64,000 nt of DNA from Syntrophaceae bacterium UBA6252 (lineage in GTDB: Bacteria > Desulfobacterota > Syntrophia > Syntrophales > UBA6807): assembly GCA_002441265.1 (NCBI GenBank), contig DJVQ01000025.1, positions 1,422-65,421 of the forward strand, given 5' to 3'. Below, piece after piece: positions 1 through 8,315 of the stretch. Each line of letters begins with the position of its first letter. Position 1 is the stretch's first letter. Both the position numbers and the translations under genes were made by a program. The notes under the pieces were generated by a model, which saw only the letters and a list, made by a program, of their open reading frames with translations, was not told the origin of the DNA and did not search any database.

Positions 1-614
1 CCTTCCAGGTGGGCCCGGCCGATGTTCGTGATGAGACCGATGGTGGGACGGGCGATCCAGGCGAGCCTTTCGATCTCCCCCGGCCGGTTCGTTCCCATTT
101 CGACGACCGCCGCCTCGTGGCCGTCCCGGAGGCCGAAGAGCACCAGGGGAACCCCCACGAGGTTGTTCAGGTTCCCCGGGGTCACGAGCACCTTTTTCCC
201 GCGGGAGAGAATCGTTGCGATCATGTCCTTGGTGGTCGTCTTTCCCGAACTGCCCGTCACGGCGATGACGGGGATGGGGAAACGGTCCCTCCAGAAGCGG
301 GCGAGATCCCCCAGGGCCCCGAGGGTGTCCGCCACGGAAACGGCGAAGAAATCCTTCTCCCCCGGGCCCGTCCCGGGAATCGCCTTGCCCGTCTTCACGA
401 GAAGGCCCGCGGCGCCCTTTTCCAGCGCCTCCCGGAGAAACCCGTGCCCGTCGAACCGTTCGCCGGTGAGGGCGATGAAGAGATTGCCCCGTCCGATCCG
501 CCTCGTGTCGGTGGAGATGCCGAAGGACGAAGCCTCCCCGTTCCCCGCCGCGAGGGTGCCGCCGGTCGCCCGGAGGATCTCGGCCGCCGTGAAGGAAGGA
601 AGGGAATCATTCAT
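1..614 (-). CDS. murF: MurF (UDP-MurNAc-tripeptide--D-Ala-D-Ala ligase), N-terminal ~204 codons; continues past the left window edge
   Basis: Absent from the ORF track because it has no stop inside the window. Hand translation of the minus strand from ATG 614-612 gives MNDSLPSF. Further on it gives VIAVTGSSGK (Mur-ligase P-loop, ~241-270) and GHEAAVVEMGTNRPGEIERLAWIARPTIGLITNIGRAHLE (3-122). The start overlaps the murE stop by 8 nt. Position after murE fits the dcw cluster. Confidence 0.85.
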   Translation of the reverse strand, partial: MNDSLPSFTAAEILRATGGTLAAGNGEASSFGISTDTRRIGRGNLFIALTGERFDGHGFLREALEKGAAGLLVKTGKAIPGTGPGEKDFFAVSVADTLGALGDLARFWRDRFPIPVIAVTGSSGKTTTKDMIATILSRGKKVLVTPGNLNNLVGVPLVLFGLRDGHEAAVVEMGTNRPGEIERLAWIARPTIGLITNIGRAHLE

Positions 615-2139
615 CGCGAGCCCCCTCTCCGCTTCGCCTGCCGAGGGCCTCCCCCGCCACGAGCCGGTCGTCGAAGGGACGCTTCTCCGTCCCGATGATC
701 TGGTAGTCCTCGTGCCCCTTTCCGGCGATGAGGACGATGTCCTTTTCCCCGGCCATGGCGACGGCCCGGCCGATGGCCTCCCGCCGATCCGGCAGAACGA
801 CATACCCCTTCCCGTTGAAGGTCTCCTCGAAACGCTCCGGTCCGTATTTTCTCGGGGACACCACCCGGAGTCCTTCCTCGATCTCGGCGATGATGGCGAG
901 GGGATCTTCCGTCCTGGGATTGTCCGATGTGATGACGGCCAGATCGCTCGTTTCCGCGACCGCCTTCCCCATGAGGGGCCGTTTCGTCCTGTCCCGGTCG
1001 CCGCCGCATCCGAAGACGGTGATGATCCTGCCCTCCCGGAAGACCGTGAGGGTTTCCAGCACCTTCCGGAGGGCGTCCTCCTTGTGGGCGTAATCCACGA
1101 AGACGGCGGGCCCGCCCGGTCCGCCGACCTTTTCCAGCCGGCCCGGAACGGCGGAAAGGGCTCCGATCCCCTCCGCGATGTCCGGCGGGCCGATCCCCAC
1201 GGCCAGGGCCGCCGCGACCGCCGCCAGGATGTTGTAGAGATTGAATTTCCCGATGAGAGGGCTCTTCACCGGGAACGTCCCGGCGGGCGTCCTGAGAACC
1301 GCTTCGATCCCCTCCAGGGTCAGGTTCCAGGAAAGGGGGGCGATTTCCGCGTCCGCACCCGTTCCGAAGACCGTCACCGGTTCCCGGAGTTCCCCCATGA
1401 GCCGCATGCCCCAGGGGTCGTCCCCGTTGACGATCCGGCGTTCCTTTTCCCCCGTCAGGATCTCCTCGAAGAAGCGCTTCTTGGCGCGGAAATAGTCCTC
1501 CATGTTCCTGTGGAAATCGAGGTGGTCATGGGACAGGTTCGTGAACACGCCGGCGGCGAAGAGGCAGTCGTCCACCCGGAACAGATCGAGGGCGTGGGAG
1601 GAGACTTCCATGACGAGGTGGGTGATCCCCCCGTCCGCCGCTTCCCGGAGCAGCCTCTGGAGGTCCGTCGATTCGGGCGTCGTGTTGGGGGCCGGAAGGA
1701 CTTTCCCGGGAAACCGGTAACTGACCGTTCCGATCACCCCCGTCTCCCTGCCGGCGGACCGGAAGATCGACTCGAGGAGGTAGGTCACCGTCGTTTTTCC
1801 GCTCGTTCCCGTCACCCCGATCAGGCAGAGGTCCTTCGACGGGTTCCCGTAGAAATTGGCGCTGATCCGGCCGAGGGCCCGGCGGCTGTCCCCCACCCGG
1901 ATCTCCGTGACATGGGGCGGCAGGGACAGCTCCCTCTCGGAAACGACGAACGCGGCGCCCCGATCCACCGCCTGGGCGGCGAACCGGTGGCCGTCGGCCT
2001 TGAGCCCCGGAACGGCAACGAACAGGGAACCGGGGCGGCAGGCCCGGGAGTCGTAGCACACGTCGGCGACTTCCGTTTCCCCTCCCCGCCGGAGGGACAC
2101 GAGATTGATTCCCTCGAGGATGGTCTCCAGCTTCGCCAT
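607..2139 (-). CDS. murE: MurE (UDP-MurNAc-L-Ala-D-Glu--2,6-diaminopimelate ligase)
   Basis: ORF 607..2229. Start moved to internal ATG 2139 (MAKLETILEG), 5 nt after the ftsI stop. P-loop GVTGTSGKTT; DNPRTEDP near the C-terminus; dcw gene order. Confidence 0.93.
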   Translation of the reverse strand: MAKLETILEGINLVSLRRGGETEVADVCYDSRACRPGSLFVAVPGLKADGHRFAAQAVDRGAAFVVSERELSLPPHVTEIRVGDSRRALGRISANFYGNPSKDLCLIGVTGTSGKTTVTYLLESIFRSAGRETGVIGTVSYRFPGKVLPAPNTTPESTDLQRLLREAADGGITHLVMEVSSHALDLFRVDDCLFAAGVFTNLSHDHLDFHRNMEDYFRAKKRFFEEILTGEKERRIVNGDDPWGMRLMGELREPVTVFGTGADAEIAPLSWNLTLEGIEAVLRTPAGTFPVKSPLIGKFNLYNILAAVAAALAVGIGPPDIAEGIGALSAVPGRLEKVGGPGGPAVFVDYAHKEDALRKVLETLTVFREGRIITVFGCGGDRDRTKRPLMGKAVAETSDLAVITSDNPRTEDPLAIIAEIEEGLRVVSPRKYGPERFEETFNGKGYVVLPDRREAIGRAVAMAGEKDIVLIAGKGHEDYQIIGTEKRPFDDRLVAGEALGRRSGEGARDE

Positions 2140-2144
2140 AGCCT

Positions 2145-4118
2145 TTACTTCCCCGGGTGAAACCACACCCGGGCGACGGTATTTCCTTCCAGCGGCGTTC
2201 CCGGCTCCGGATTCTGGCGGACCGCCCATCCGCTTCCGGAAAGCCGGACATCCATACCCGTTTCCGCGGCGATTTTCAATACGTCCGCCATGGTTCTCCC
2301 CCGGAAGTCGGGGAAGACCGACGAAGATTCGCCGCGGACCACCGACAGCAGTTCCCCCGAGGAAACTTCGCGAATTCCCTTCGCCGGTTCCGCCGTTCCG
2401 GCGGTGGCAACAGTCCCCACCGGTTTGTCGAAGCCGCAGAGGATCTGTTCACCCACCCTGCGGAAAAGCGGCGCCGCGGCCTGCCCGCCCCACCGGCGGA
2501 ATTCCGGCTCGTCGAGCATCACGTAGATCACCACGCGGGGGTGGTCCGCCGGAAAGAAACCAATGAAGGAGGCGCCCACCTTCTTCTGGGAGTACTGCCC
2601 CGTTTCCCGGTCCAGCTTCTGGGAAGTCCCCGTCTTGCCCGCGACGGACACGTCGGCGATCCGGGCGCCTCTGCCCGTGCCGTCATCGGCCTCGACCACG
2701 TCCCTCATATAGGTCGTGATCCGCCAGGCCGTCTGGGATTTCATCACCCGGCGGACCGCCTCGGGTTCGAATTCGCGGACCACCTTTCCCGATTCGTCCA
2801 CGATCCCCCTCACGATCCGGGGCTTCATGAGAACCCCGTCGTTGGCGATGGCCGCCATGGCCGCCGTGAGCTGAATCGCCGTGACGGATACCCCCTGGCC
2901 GAAACCGATGGCGGCCAGGTCGACGGTGGTCCAGCCGTCCGCCTCCCGGAGAATGCCCATCGCCTCCCCGGGAAGGTCGATTCCCGTTTTCGCCCCGAAA
3001 CCGAACCGGGTGAGCCACCGGTGAAATCTTTCCGCGCCGAGCCGCTCGGCGATCTTGGCGCACCCTATGTTGCTCGAGTATTTCAGGATTTCCCGCGGTT
3101 TCAGCAGCTCGTACCGTTTCCCCTGGGCCTCGCGGATGGCCTTCCGGCCGACCACGTAAAACCCTTTTTCACAGTCGATCGCCTCTTCCTCCTCGACGAC
3201 ACCCTCTTCGAAGGCGGCCGCCATGAGAAAGGGTTTGAAGGTCGATCCCGGATCGAAGCTGTCCATGACCGCCCGGTTTTTTCTCACCGAGCGTTCGTAC
3301 TCGCTGAAGGTATTGCCGTTGAATCCCGGCTCGTTCGCCATGGCCAGCACCTCTCCCGTGGCGGGATCCATGACGATGACCAGCCCCGACCGGGCTCCCG
3401 TCTCCGATACGGCCTCACGGAGCCGCTCCTCGACGGCATGCTGGATCCGGGCGTCCAGGGTCAGAATCAGGTTGGAGGAAGAGAGGCTCCCTTCCCCTTC
3501 CAGGGGGGCGTCCTGGTAAAACCGCTGGCCTTTCGCGTCCCGGCCCCAGATCACCCTTCTCGGCGGTCGTTTCAGGAAGGAGTCGTAGGACAGTTCGAGG
3601 CCCTCCAGGCCCCTGGAATCGTAGCCCACGCAACCGAGGACATGGGCCGCAAGCGTCCGGTTCGTATAGAAACGCTTCGGTTCCTTCACCAGGTACAGGC
3701 CCTCCAGGTCGAGGGTTCGGATGCGTTCCGCCTGTTCCGGGGAAATCATCCTCCCCACCCAGGAGAACTGCCTGCCCTGGGGAAGCTTCTCCGCCGCTTC
3801 CTTCCGGCTCAGGCCCAGAATGGACGCAACTCCCGCCACCGCGGCTTTCCTGTCCTGAATCCGGGACGGGTCGGCCCACAGGGAATCCACGAGAAGGCTT
3901 GCCGCGAGCACCGAGCCGTTCCGGTCCAGGATCTGCCCCCGTTCGGGCTGAAGGGTCAGCACGGCGGTCTGCTGTTTCCGGGCGAGATGCTTCAGGGGCT
4001 CCCCAGAGAGATACTGGATCTGCACGGCCCGGGAAAGCAGGGCGACGAAAAGGAGCACGAAAAGCCCCAGAAGGAACCGGCTTCGGCGATGGAATCGATT
4101 CGTTTCTTCCTTGCTCAT
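2145..4118 (-). CDS. ftsI: Peptidoglycan D,D-transpeptidase FtsI (class B PBP) with C-terminal PASTA-like domain
   Basis: 657 aa with an N-terminal TM helix. Motifs SxxK (GSTFKP), SxN (YSSNIG) and KTG (AGKTGTS) are present. Overlaps the ftsL stop by 4 nt. Confidence 0.93.
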   Translation of the reverse strand: MSKEETNRFHRRSRFLLGLFVLLFVALLSRAVQIQYLSGEPLKHLARKQQTAVLTLQPERGQILDRNGSVLAASLLVDSLWADPSRIQDRKAAVAGVASILGLSRKEAAEKLPQGRQFSWVGRMISPEQAERIRTLDLEGLYLVKEPKRFYTNRTLAAHVLGCVGYDSRGLEGLELSYDSFLKRPPRRVIWGRDAKGQRFYQDAPLEGEGSLSSSNLILTLDARIQHAVEERLREAVSETGARSGLVIVMDPATGEVLAMANEPGFNGNTFSEYERSVRKNRAVMDSFDPGSTFKPFLMAAAFEEGVVEEEEAIDCEKGFYVVGRKAIREAQGKRYELLKPREILKYSSNIGCAKIAERLGAERFHRWLTRFGFGAKTGIDLPGEAMGILREADGWTTVDLAAIGFGQGVSVTAIQLTAAMAAIANDGVLMKPRIVRGIVDESGKVVREFEPEAVRRVMKSQTAWRITTYMRDVVEADDGTGRGARIADVSVAGKTGTSQKLDRETGQYSQKKVGASFIGFFPADHPRVVIYVMLDEPEFRRWGGQAAAPLFRRVGEQILCGFDKPVGTVATAGTAEPAKGIREVSSGELLSVVRGESSSVFPDFRGRTMADVLKIAAETGMDVRLSGSGWAVRQNPEPGTPLEGNTVARVWFHPGK

Positions 4119-4426
4119 TTCACGAAAATGACCTGGTCTCTTGCCGGGTAATTCATTTCCAGCCGCTCCCGGGCCAGGCGTTCGATCCTTTCCGGGGACC
4201 GCAGCGTGGCCCTTTCCACCTTGAGCCGCCGGTTCTCCTCCTGAAGAAGATCCCGCTCTTTCATTTCCCTGGCCAGGGCGTAATTGATCTGCTTCATGTG
4301 GAGCTGCAGCCCCACCTGAAACACGAGCGCCCCCAGGAGCAATCCTCCCGAAAGAAAAAGCCCCCAGACCATGGCCCCCGAAACCCCGTCCTTTTCCCCC
4401 GGAGGGGTCTTCTCCTTTCGCCGCAT
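4115..4426 (-). CDS. ftsL: Cell division protein FtsL-like (small bitopic coiled-coil protein)
   Basis: 103 aa with a single TM helix followed by a coiled coil (LLQEENRRLKVERATL). Sits in the canonical slot between rsmH and ftsI. Confidence 0.8.
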   Translation of the reverse strand: MRRKEKTPPGEKDGVSGAMVWGLFLSGGLLLGALVFQVGLQLHMKQINYALAREMKERDLLQEENRRLKVERATLRSPERIERLARERLEMNYPARDQVIFVK

Positions 4427-4430
4427 CCCG

Positions 4431-5366
4431 TCAGATCCTCTCCATGACCCGAAGCCTTGCGCTTCTGGCTCTGGGATTCCGCCGGACCTCCTCCTCCCGC
4501 GGCATGAGAGGCTTCTTCGTGAGAACGACGCCCTGTTTCTGCCGGCCGCAGGCGCAGCGCGGGAGTCCCGGGGGGCAGACGCAGGGATTCTCCAGGAGCC
4601 GGAAGGATTCCTTGACCATCCGGTCCTCCAGGGAATGATAGGAAATAACGAGAAAACGGCCTCCCCGGTTCAGGAGGCGGCTTCCCCCGTCGAGCGCTTT
4701 CCGAAGGCTATCCAGTTCCCGGTTCACGGCGATCCGAAGGGCCTGGAAGGTCTTCGTGGCGGGATGTCTTTTCCCGTGCCTTCTCCGCGGGGACACGGCC
4801 CCGGAAACGATTGCGGCAAGGTCGGACGTGCTCTCGATGGCCGACTCCCTCCGCCGCGCCATGATGGCCCGCGCGATCCCCCGGGCTTCCCCCTCTTCCC
4901 CGTACCGGTAGAGGAGATCCCTCAGGTCTTCCTCGGAGAGTCCGTGAACCAGGTCGAAGGCCGTCTGTTCCTCCCGCCGGTCCATGCGCATGTCCAGGGG
5001 CCCTCTCTGGGAAAAACCGAATCCCCTGCCGGCATGCTCCAGCTGGTGGGAGGACACGCCGAGGTCGAGGAGGATTCCGTCCACCTTTCCGATTCCCAGG
5101 TCCCTGAGCACTGTCTCCATATCCGCAAAATCCCCCCGGATGAGAACGACCCTCCCGCGGAAGGTCCGGAGCCGCTTCTCCGTTTCCCCGAGGGCCTCGT
5201 CGTCCCGGTCGATGCCGATCAGCCGGGCGTCGGGGGAACTCTCCTCCAGGATTCTCAGGGCATGGCCTCCTCCGCCCACGGTGCCGTCCACGTAGACGGC
5301 CCCTTCCGGCCGGGGCAGGAACGACAGGACCTCTTCCACGAGAACGGGCTCATGAAAGACGGACAT
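4431..5366 (-). CDS. rsmH: 16S rRNA (cytosine1402-N4)-methyltransferase RsmH (MraW)
   Basis: Begins MSVFHEPVLVEEV; SAM-binding DGTVGGGGHA; dcw position. Confidence 0.95.
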   Translation of the reverse strand: MSVFHEPVLVEEVLSFLPRPEGAVYVDGTVGGGGHALRILEESSPDARLIGIDRDDEALGETEKRLRTFRGRVVLIRGDFADMETVLRDLGIGKVDGILLDLGVSSHQLEHAGRGFGFSQRGPLDMRMDRREEQTAFDLVHGLSEEDLRDLLYRYGEEGEARGIARAIMARRRESAIESTSDLAAIVSGAVSPRRRHGKRHPATKTFQALRIAVNRELDSLRKALDGGSRLLNRGGRFLVISYHSLEDRMVKESFRLLENPCVCPPGLPRCACGRQKQGVVLTKKPLMPREEEVRRNPRARSARLRVMERI

Positions 5367-5368
5367 GA

Positions 5369-5818
5369 TCAGAAACCCAGGCGCTCGGCGATGGAATCAC
5401 AGGATTCGTCGATTTTGGCCGCCGTCTGGCTGAGGTGCCCGTCGAACAGCTCCCGGTTCCATATTTCAATGGTCTTCACCATGCCGACGAGGGCGATTTC
5501 CTTTTCCAGCCGCCCGTGCTTGCGGAGTTCCGGCGGGACGAGAAGCCGCCACTGGGCGTCGAAGGTGCAGTCGACCGCACCGGAAATGAAGTAACGATGA
5601 AACTCCCGGGTCTGCCGGTCGATGAGGGAATGGGTGGCCGCCTTTTCCTCGATAACCCGCCACTCCTCGAAGGGCACCAGGAGAACGTATTCCGCCCAGT
5701 TTGTCAGAACCACCTTCCTGCCGTACTTCTCTCCGAAAATCTCCCGGAGCCTGGCGGGAAAGGTGATCCTTCCCTTCTCGTCGATGGTGTGAAAATAACG
5801 CCCCCGAAACGCAGACAA
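5369..5818 (-). CDS. mraZ: Transcriptional regulator MraZ
   Basis: ORF 5369..5833 contains FRGRYFHTIDEKGRITFPARLRE and a second SpoVT/AbrB-like repeat. I prefer the TTG start at 5818 (MSAFRG) with GGAGG upstream. The GTG at 5833 lies inside the predicted operator. Confidence 0.9.
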   Translation of the reverse strand: MSAFRGRYFHTIDEKGRITFPARLREIFGEKYGRKVVLTNWAEYVLLVPFEEWRVIEEKAATHSLIDRQTREFHRYFISGAVDCTFDAQWRLLVPPELRKHGRLEKEIALVGMVKTIEIWNRELFDGHLSQTAAKIDESCDSIAERLGF

Positions 5819-5828
5819 GGACTGCCCC

Positions 5829-5853
5829 TCCACAATAATCCACTTTGCTCCAC
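5829..5853 (-). promoter_or_regulatory. Putative MraZ operator: three direct GTGGA repeats at exact 10-nt spacing
   Basis: The plus strand shows TCCAC at 5829, 5839 and 5849. On the minus strand this reads GTGGAgcaaaGTGGAttattGTGGA, directly downstream of the -10 box. Confidence 0.6.
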
Positions 5854-5862
5854 TTCTAAGTG

Positions 5863-5891
5863 ATCATAGGGAGGGGGGAAGGCTTTGTCAA
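5863..5891 (-). promoter_or_regulatory. sigma70-type promoter of the dcw operon
   Basis: On the minus strand: TTGACA (5891-5886), a 17-nt spacer, then TATGAT (5868-5863). Confidence 0.55.
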
Positions 5892-5903
5892 GGAAAAAAA
5901 AAG

Positions 5904-6950
5904 CTACTTTTCTTTTCGAATCTGATATTTTAAGACCGCTTCGCGGTGGTGGGATAAAGTGGTTGAAAAATGATGGGATCCATCGTTGCGGGCGACGAAG
6001 AACAGGTAGGGAACGGCGGCGGGCCGCAGGGCCGCGTCGATTGAGTCCACGCCGGGGTTGCAGATGGGGCCGGGGGGCAGCCCCTTGTGCACGTAGGTGT
6101 TGTGCGGCATGTTCTTCGAGAGGTGAGACTTCTTGAGGTTCCCGTCGAAATCGGGAATGTCGTAGATCACCGTCGGATCGCTCTGGAGCAGCATTCCCTT
6201 TTTCAGGCGATTGTGAAAGACGGCGGAAATGATGGGTTTCTCCTCGGACAGGGCCGCTTCCTTCTCGATGATCGAAGCGAGAATGACAATCTCCTCGAGG
6301 GTCATGCCGTGCCGTCTCGCAAGCGCTTCCCAGTCGGGGCGCTGGTGCTTCCGGAACTGCCGGACCATGAACCGGATGATCTCCTCCTCCCCCATGGAAC
6401 GGGTAAAAATGTACGTCTCGGGGTAAAGGTACCCTTCCACGCTATCCCCCTTGATTTTCAGGGAATCGAGAAGGCCGGGGTCCCGGGCGCGGGCGAGGAA
6501 GGTTTTATAATCCACGAGATTCCAGGCGGAAAGGCGTTCGGCCACCTGCCGGACCGTGAATCCCTCGGGAAAGGGAATCCGGTACCCCTTGATCTCTCCC
6601 CGGACGAGTTTCCGGAGGAGGTCGTCAGGGGAGTTGAGGAGGGAGATTTCGTATTCCCCCGCCCGGATGTGCTGGGGGGCCTTCCGGAGACGGGCGAGAA
6701 TAGAAAACAGGAACTCGTTCCCGATGACGCCCTTTTCCCTCAGGAGCGACATGGCGGTCCTGAAATTCGTGCCTTTGGCGATTTCCACCGTTACGGAACA
6801 TTCCCCGCAACGGGGATTGATGGGATTTCGGGCGTAATCGAGAAGGACGGACCAGGCGAGTCCGATCCCGGCCAGGCCGGCCATGGCAAGAAAAGCGATC
6901 ACGACGAGGCGGGAAGCGATGGAAGGGGAAAGGATCGACTTACCCGCCAT
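5904..6950 (-). CDS. mltG: Endolytic murein transglycosylase MltG (YceG family)
   Basis: 348 aa with an N-terminal TM helix. YceG-like core, with a C-terminal YLFFVARNDGSHHFSTTLSHH block. Confidence 0.88.
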   Translation of the reverse strand: MAGKSILSPSIASRLVVIAFLAMAGLAGIGLAWSVLLDYARNPINPRCGECSVTVEIAKGTNFRTAMSLLREKGVIGNEFLFSILARLRKAPQHIRAGEYEISLLNSPDDLLRKLVRGEIKGYRIPFPEGFTVRQVAERLSAWNLVDYKTFLARARDPGLLDSLKIKGDSVEGYLYPETYIFTRSMGEEEIIRFMVRQFRKHQRPDWEALARRHGMTLEEIVILASIIEKEAALSEEKPIISAVFHNRLKKGMLLQSDPTVIYDIPDFDGNLKKSHLSKNMPHNTYVHKGLPPGPICNPGVDSIDAALRPAAVPYLFFVARNDGSHHFSTTLSHHREAVLKYQIRKEK

Positions 6951-7368
6951 GCTTCCGGGTCTCCCGCCGGTTCAGGTAATCCTGGAGGATCAGGCACGCC
7001 GCAAGGCGGTCCACCACATTCCGCTTTTTCCCCGCCCGGACCTTCCGTCCCGCCAGGATGTCCTCCGCCTCCCGGGTCGACAGCGTTTCGTCCCACCGTT
7101 CCACGGGAACGGGAAAGGCGGACTCCAGTTTTTCAACGAACGCGTCCACCTTTTCGCACTGGATTCCCCTGCTTCCGTCCAGGCGGTAAGGGTAGCCGAC
7201 GACGATCCGGCCCACGGTGAATTCCCGGACGTACCGGCCGATTTCCGCGAGATCCCGCTCCTCGCCCCGGGACTGAACGGTGGCAACCCCCCGGGCGAGG
7301 ATCTCGAGTTCGTCGCACACGGCCACCCCGATTCTCTTCGCCCCGTAATCGATTCCAAGGATCCTCAT
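6940..7368 (-). CDS. ruvX: Holliday-junction-resolvase-like nuclease RuvX (YqgF)
   Basis: ORF 6940..7542 trimmed to internal ATG 7368 (MRILGIDYGAKRIGVAVCDE). The upstream part of the ORF runs into the repeat region. Confidence 0.88.
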   Translation of the reverse strand: MRILGIDYGAKRIGVAVCDELEILARGVATVQSRGEERDLAEIGRYVREFTVGRIVVGYPYRLDGSRGIQCEKVDAFVEKLESAFPVPVERWDETLSTREAEDILAGRKVRAGKKRNVVDRLAACLILQDYLNRRETRKHGG

Positions 7369-7645
7369 CAGGAACGCACTCAAAGGAAAATTCCCGGCGT
7401 GTCTTCTCCGGTGGGCTTCGCGGGAAGCCCCGGCAACGCCGGGTTCCCTCTCTCTTACCACAATAAGCGGCCCGGGTCCATTCCGCCCGGGTTTCGCGTT
7501 CCATCCGGGGCTGAAGCCCCGGACTACATCTGAAATTCGCATGAGCCGGAGCCCATACCGGCCGGTACTTCTCTCATGTAGTCCGGCCCTTCAGGGCCGG
7601 CGGCACGGTCGATAGATGTTCCTTCCTGAAAACGACCACCGTCAA

Positions 7646-7829
7646 GGGGCGCGAAACGGTTTTGGAGGCGAATAAGCGCCTTTTCGCAACGGTTCCTTTC
7701 GAAGCGGAACGGCCGCAACACCGCTTGTCCGAGCCGGAAAAGCCCCATAGGGCGAATCCGCGGTGTTGCAGTGGAGCGAGAAAACTGGAACCGTCGAAAA
7801 GCGGTTCCTGAGCCGGAAAACCGTCCGCG
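7646..7829 (+). repeat. Long-hairpin unit A1
   Basis: Inner stem GCAACACCGC/GCGGTGTTGC. Middle stem around AACGGTTCC/GGAACCGT. Outer stem ACGGTTTT/AAAACCGT. Confidence 0.8.
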
Positions 7830-7950
7830 ACCCCGGGGGAACAGCCACATCAATCCGCTCGCCCTCGTCCCGACCGGGGCTGAAGCCCCGGATTCCATCT
7901 GAAGAGTCTTCTCATCCATCGGGATTCTATCCCAAGGAACCGCCGTCGAA

Positions 7951-8133
7951 GGGCGCGGAACAGTTTTGGAGGCGAATCAACCGTCTTTTCGTCACGGTTC
8001 CTTTCGAAGCGGCACGCCCGCAACACCGCCTGTCAGAGTCTGATGGCCCCATAGGACAAATCCGCGGTGTTGCAGTGGAGCGAGAAAATTGGAACCGTCG
8101 AAAAGCGGTTCCTGAGCCGGAAAACCGTCCGCG
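7951..8133 (+). repeat. Long-hairpin unit A2
   Basis: Same scaffold as A1, with a different apical segment. Confidence 0.8.
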
Positions 8134-8315
8134 CCCCCCGGGAAGCAGCCACATCAATCCGCTCGCCCCCGTCCCGACCGGAACCCGCCGTTTGAAAAAC
8201 GTGCTCTATCGACCCGTTACCGGTTCGTCACGGGTTTCGTTGTGAATTGTCCCGTTTTCTGTTATCCAGGGGGAAAATGCAGGAAGGGCGATAGCCTTTC
8301 AAGGGAAAGGAACCG

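Larger units (their letters stand above)
7505..8175. repeat. Composite tandem repeat array A (REP-like GTAG hairpins plus two long-hairpin units)
   Basis: Hairpins: CCGGGGCTGAAGCCCCGG-ACTAC at 7505-7527; GTAG-TCCGGCCCTTCAGGGCCGG at 7578-7600; CCGGGGCTGAAGCCCCGG at 7874-7891. Long hairpins lie at 7646-7829 and 7951-8133. The same unit recurs at 28.8-29.7 kb. Confidence 0.85.

Noticed and set aside
22-2160. 712-aa plus-strand ORF (and 9..698) across the murF/murE region
   Set aside because: It is antisense to clearly recognisable MurF and MurE. The translation is Arg/Pro/Gly-rich low complexity with no motifs, a typical shadow ORF in GC-rich DNA.
7524-8245. ORFs running through array A (7524..7919 -, 7763..8245 +, 7927..8157 -), and likewise 28870..29865 in array B
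   Set aside because: Both strands are open simply because the repeat is GC-rich. The peptides repeat with the DNA period, have no start context, and change frame between copies. I treat them as non-coding.
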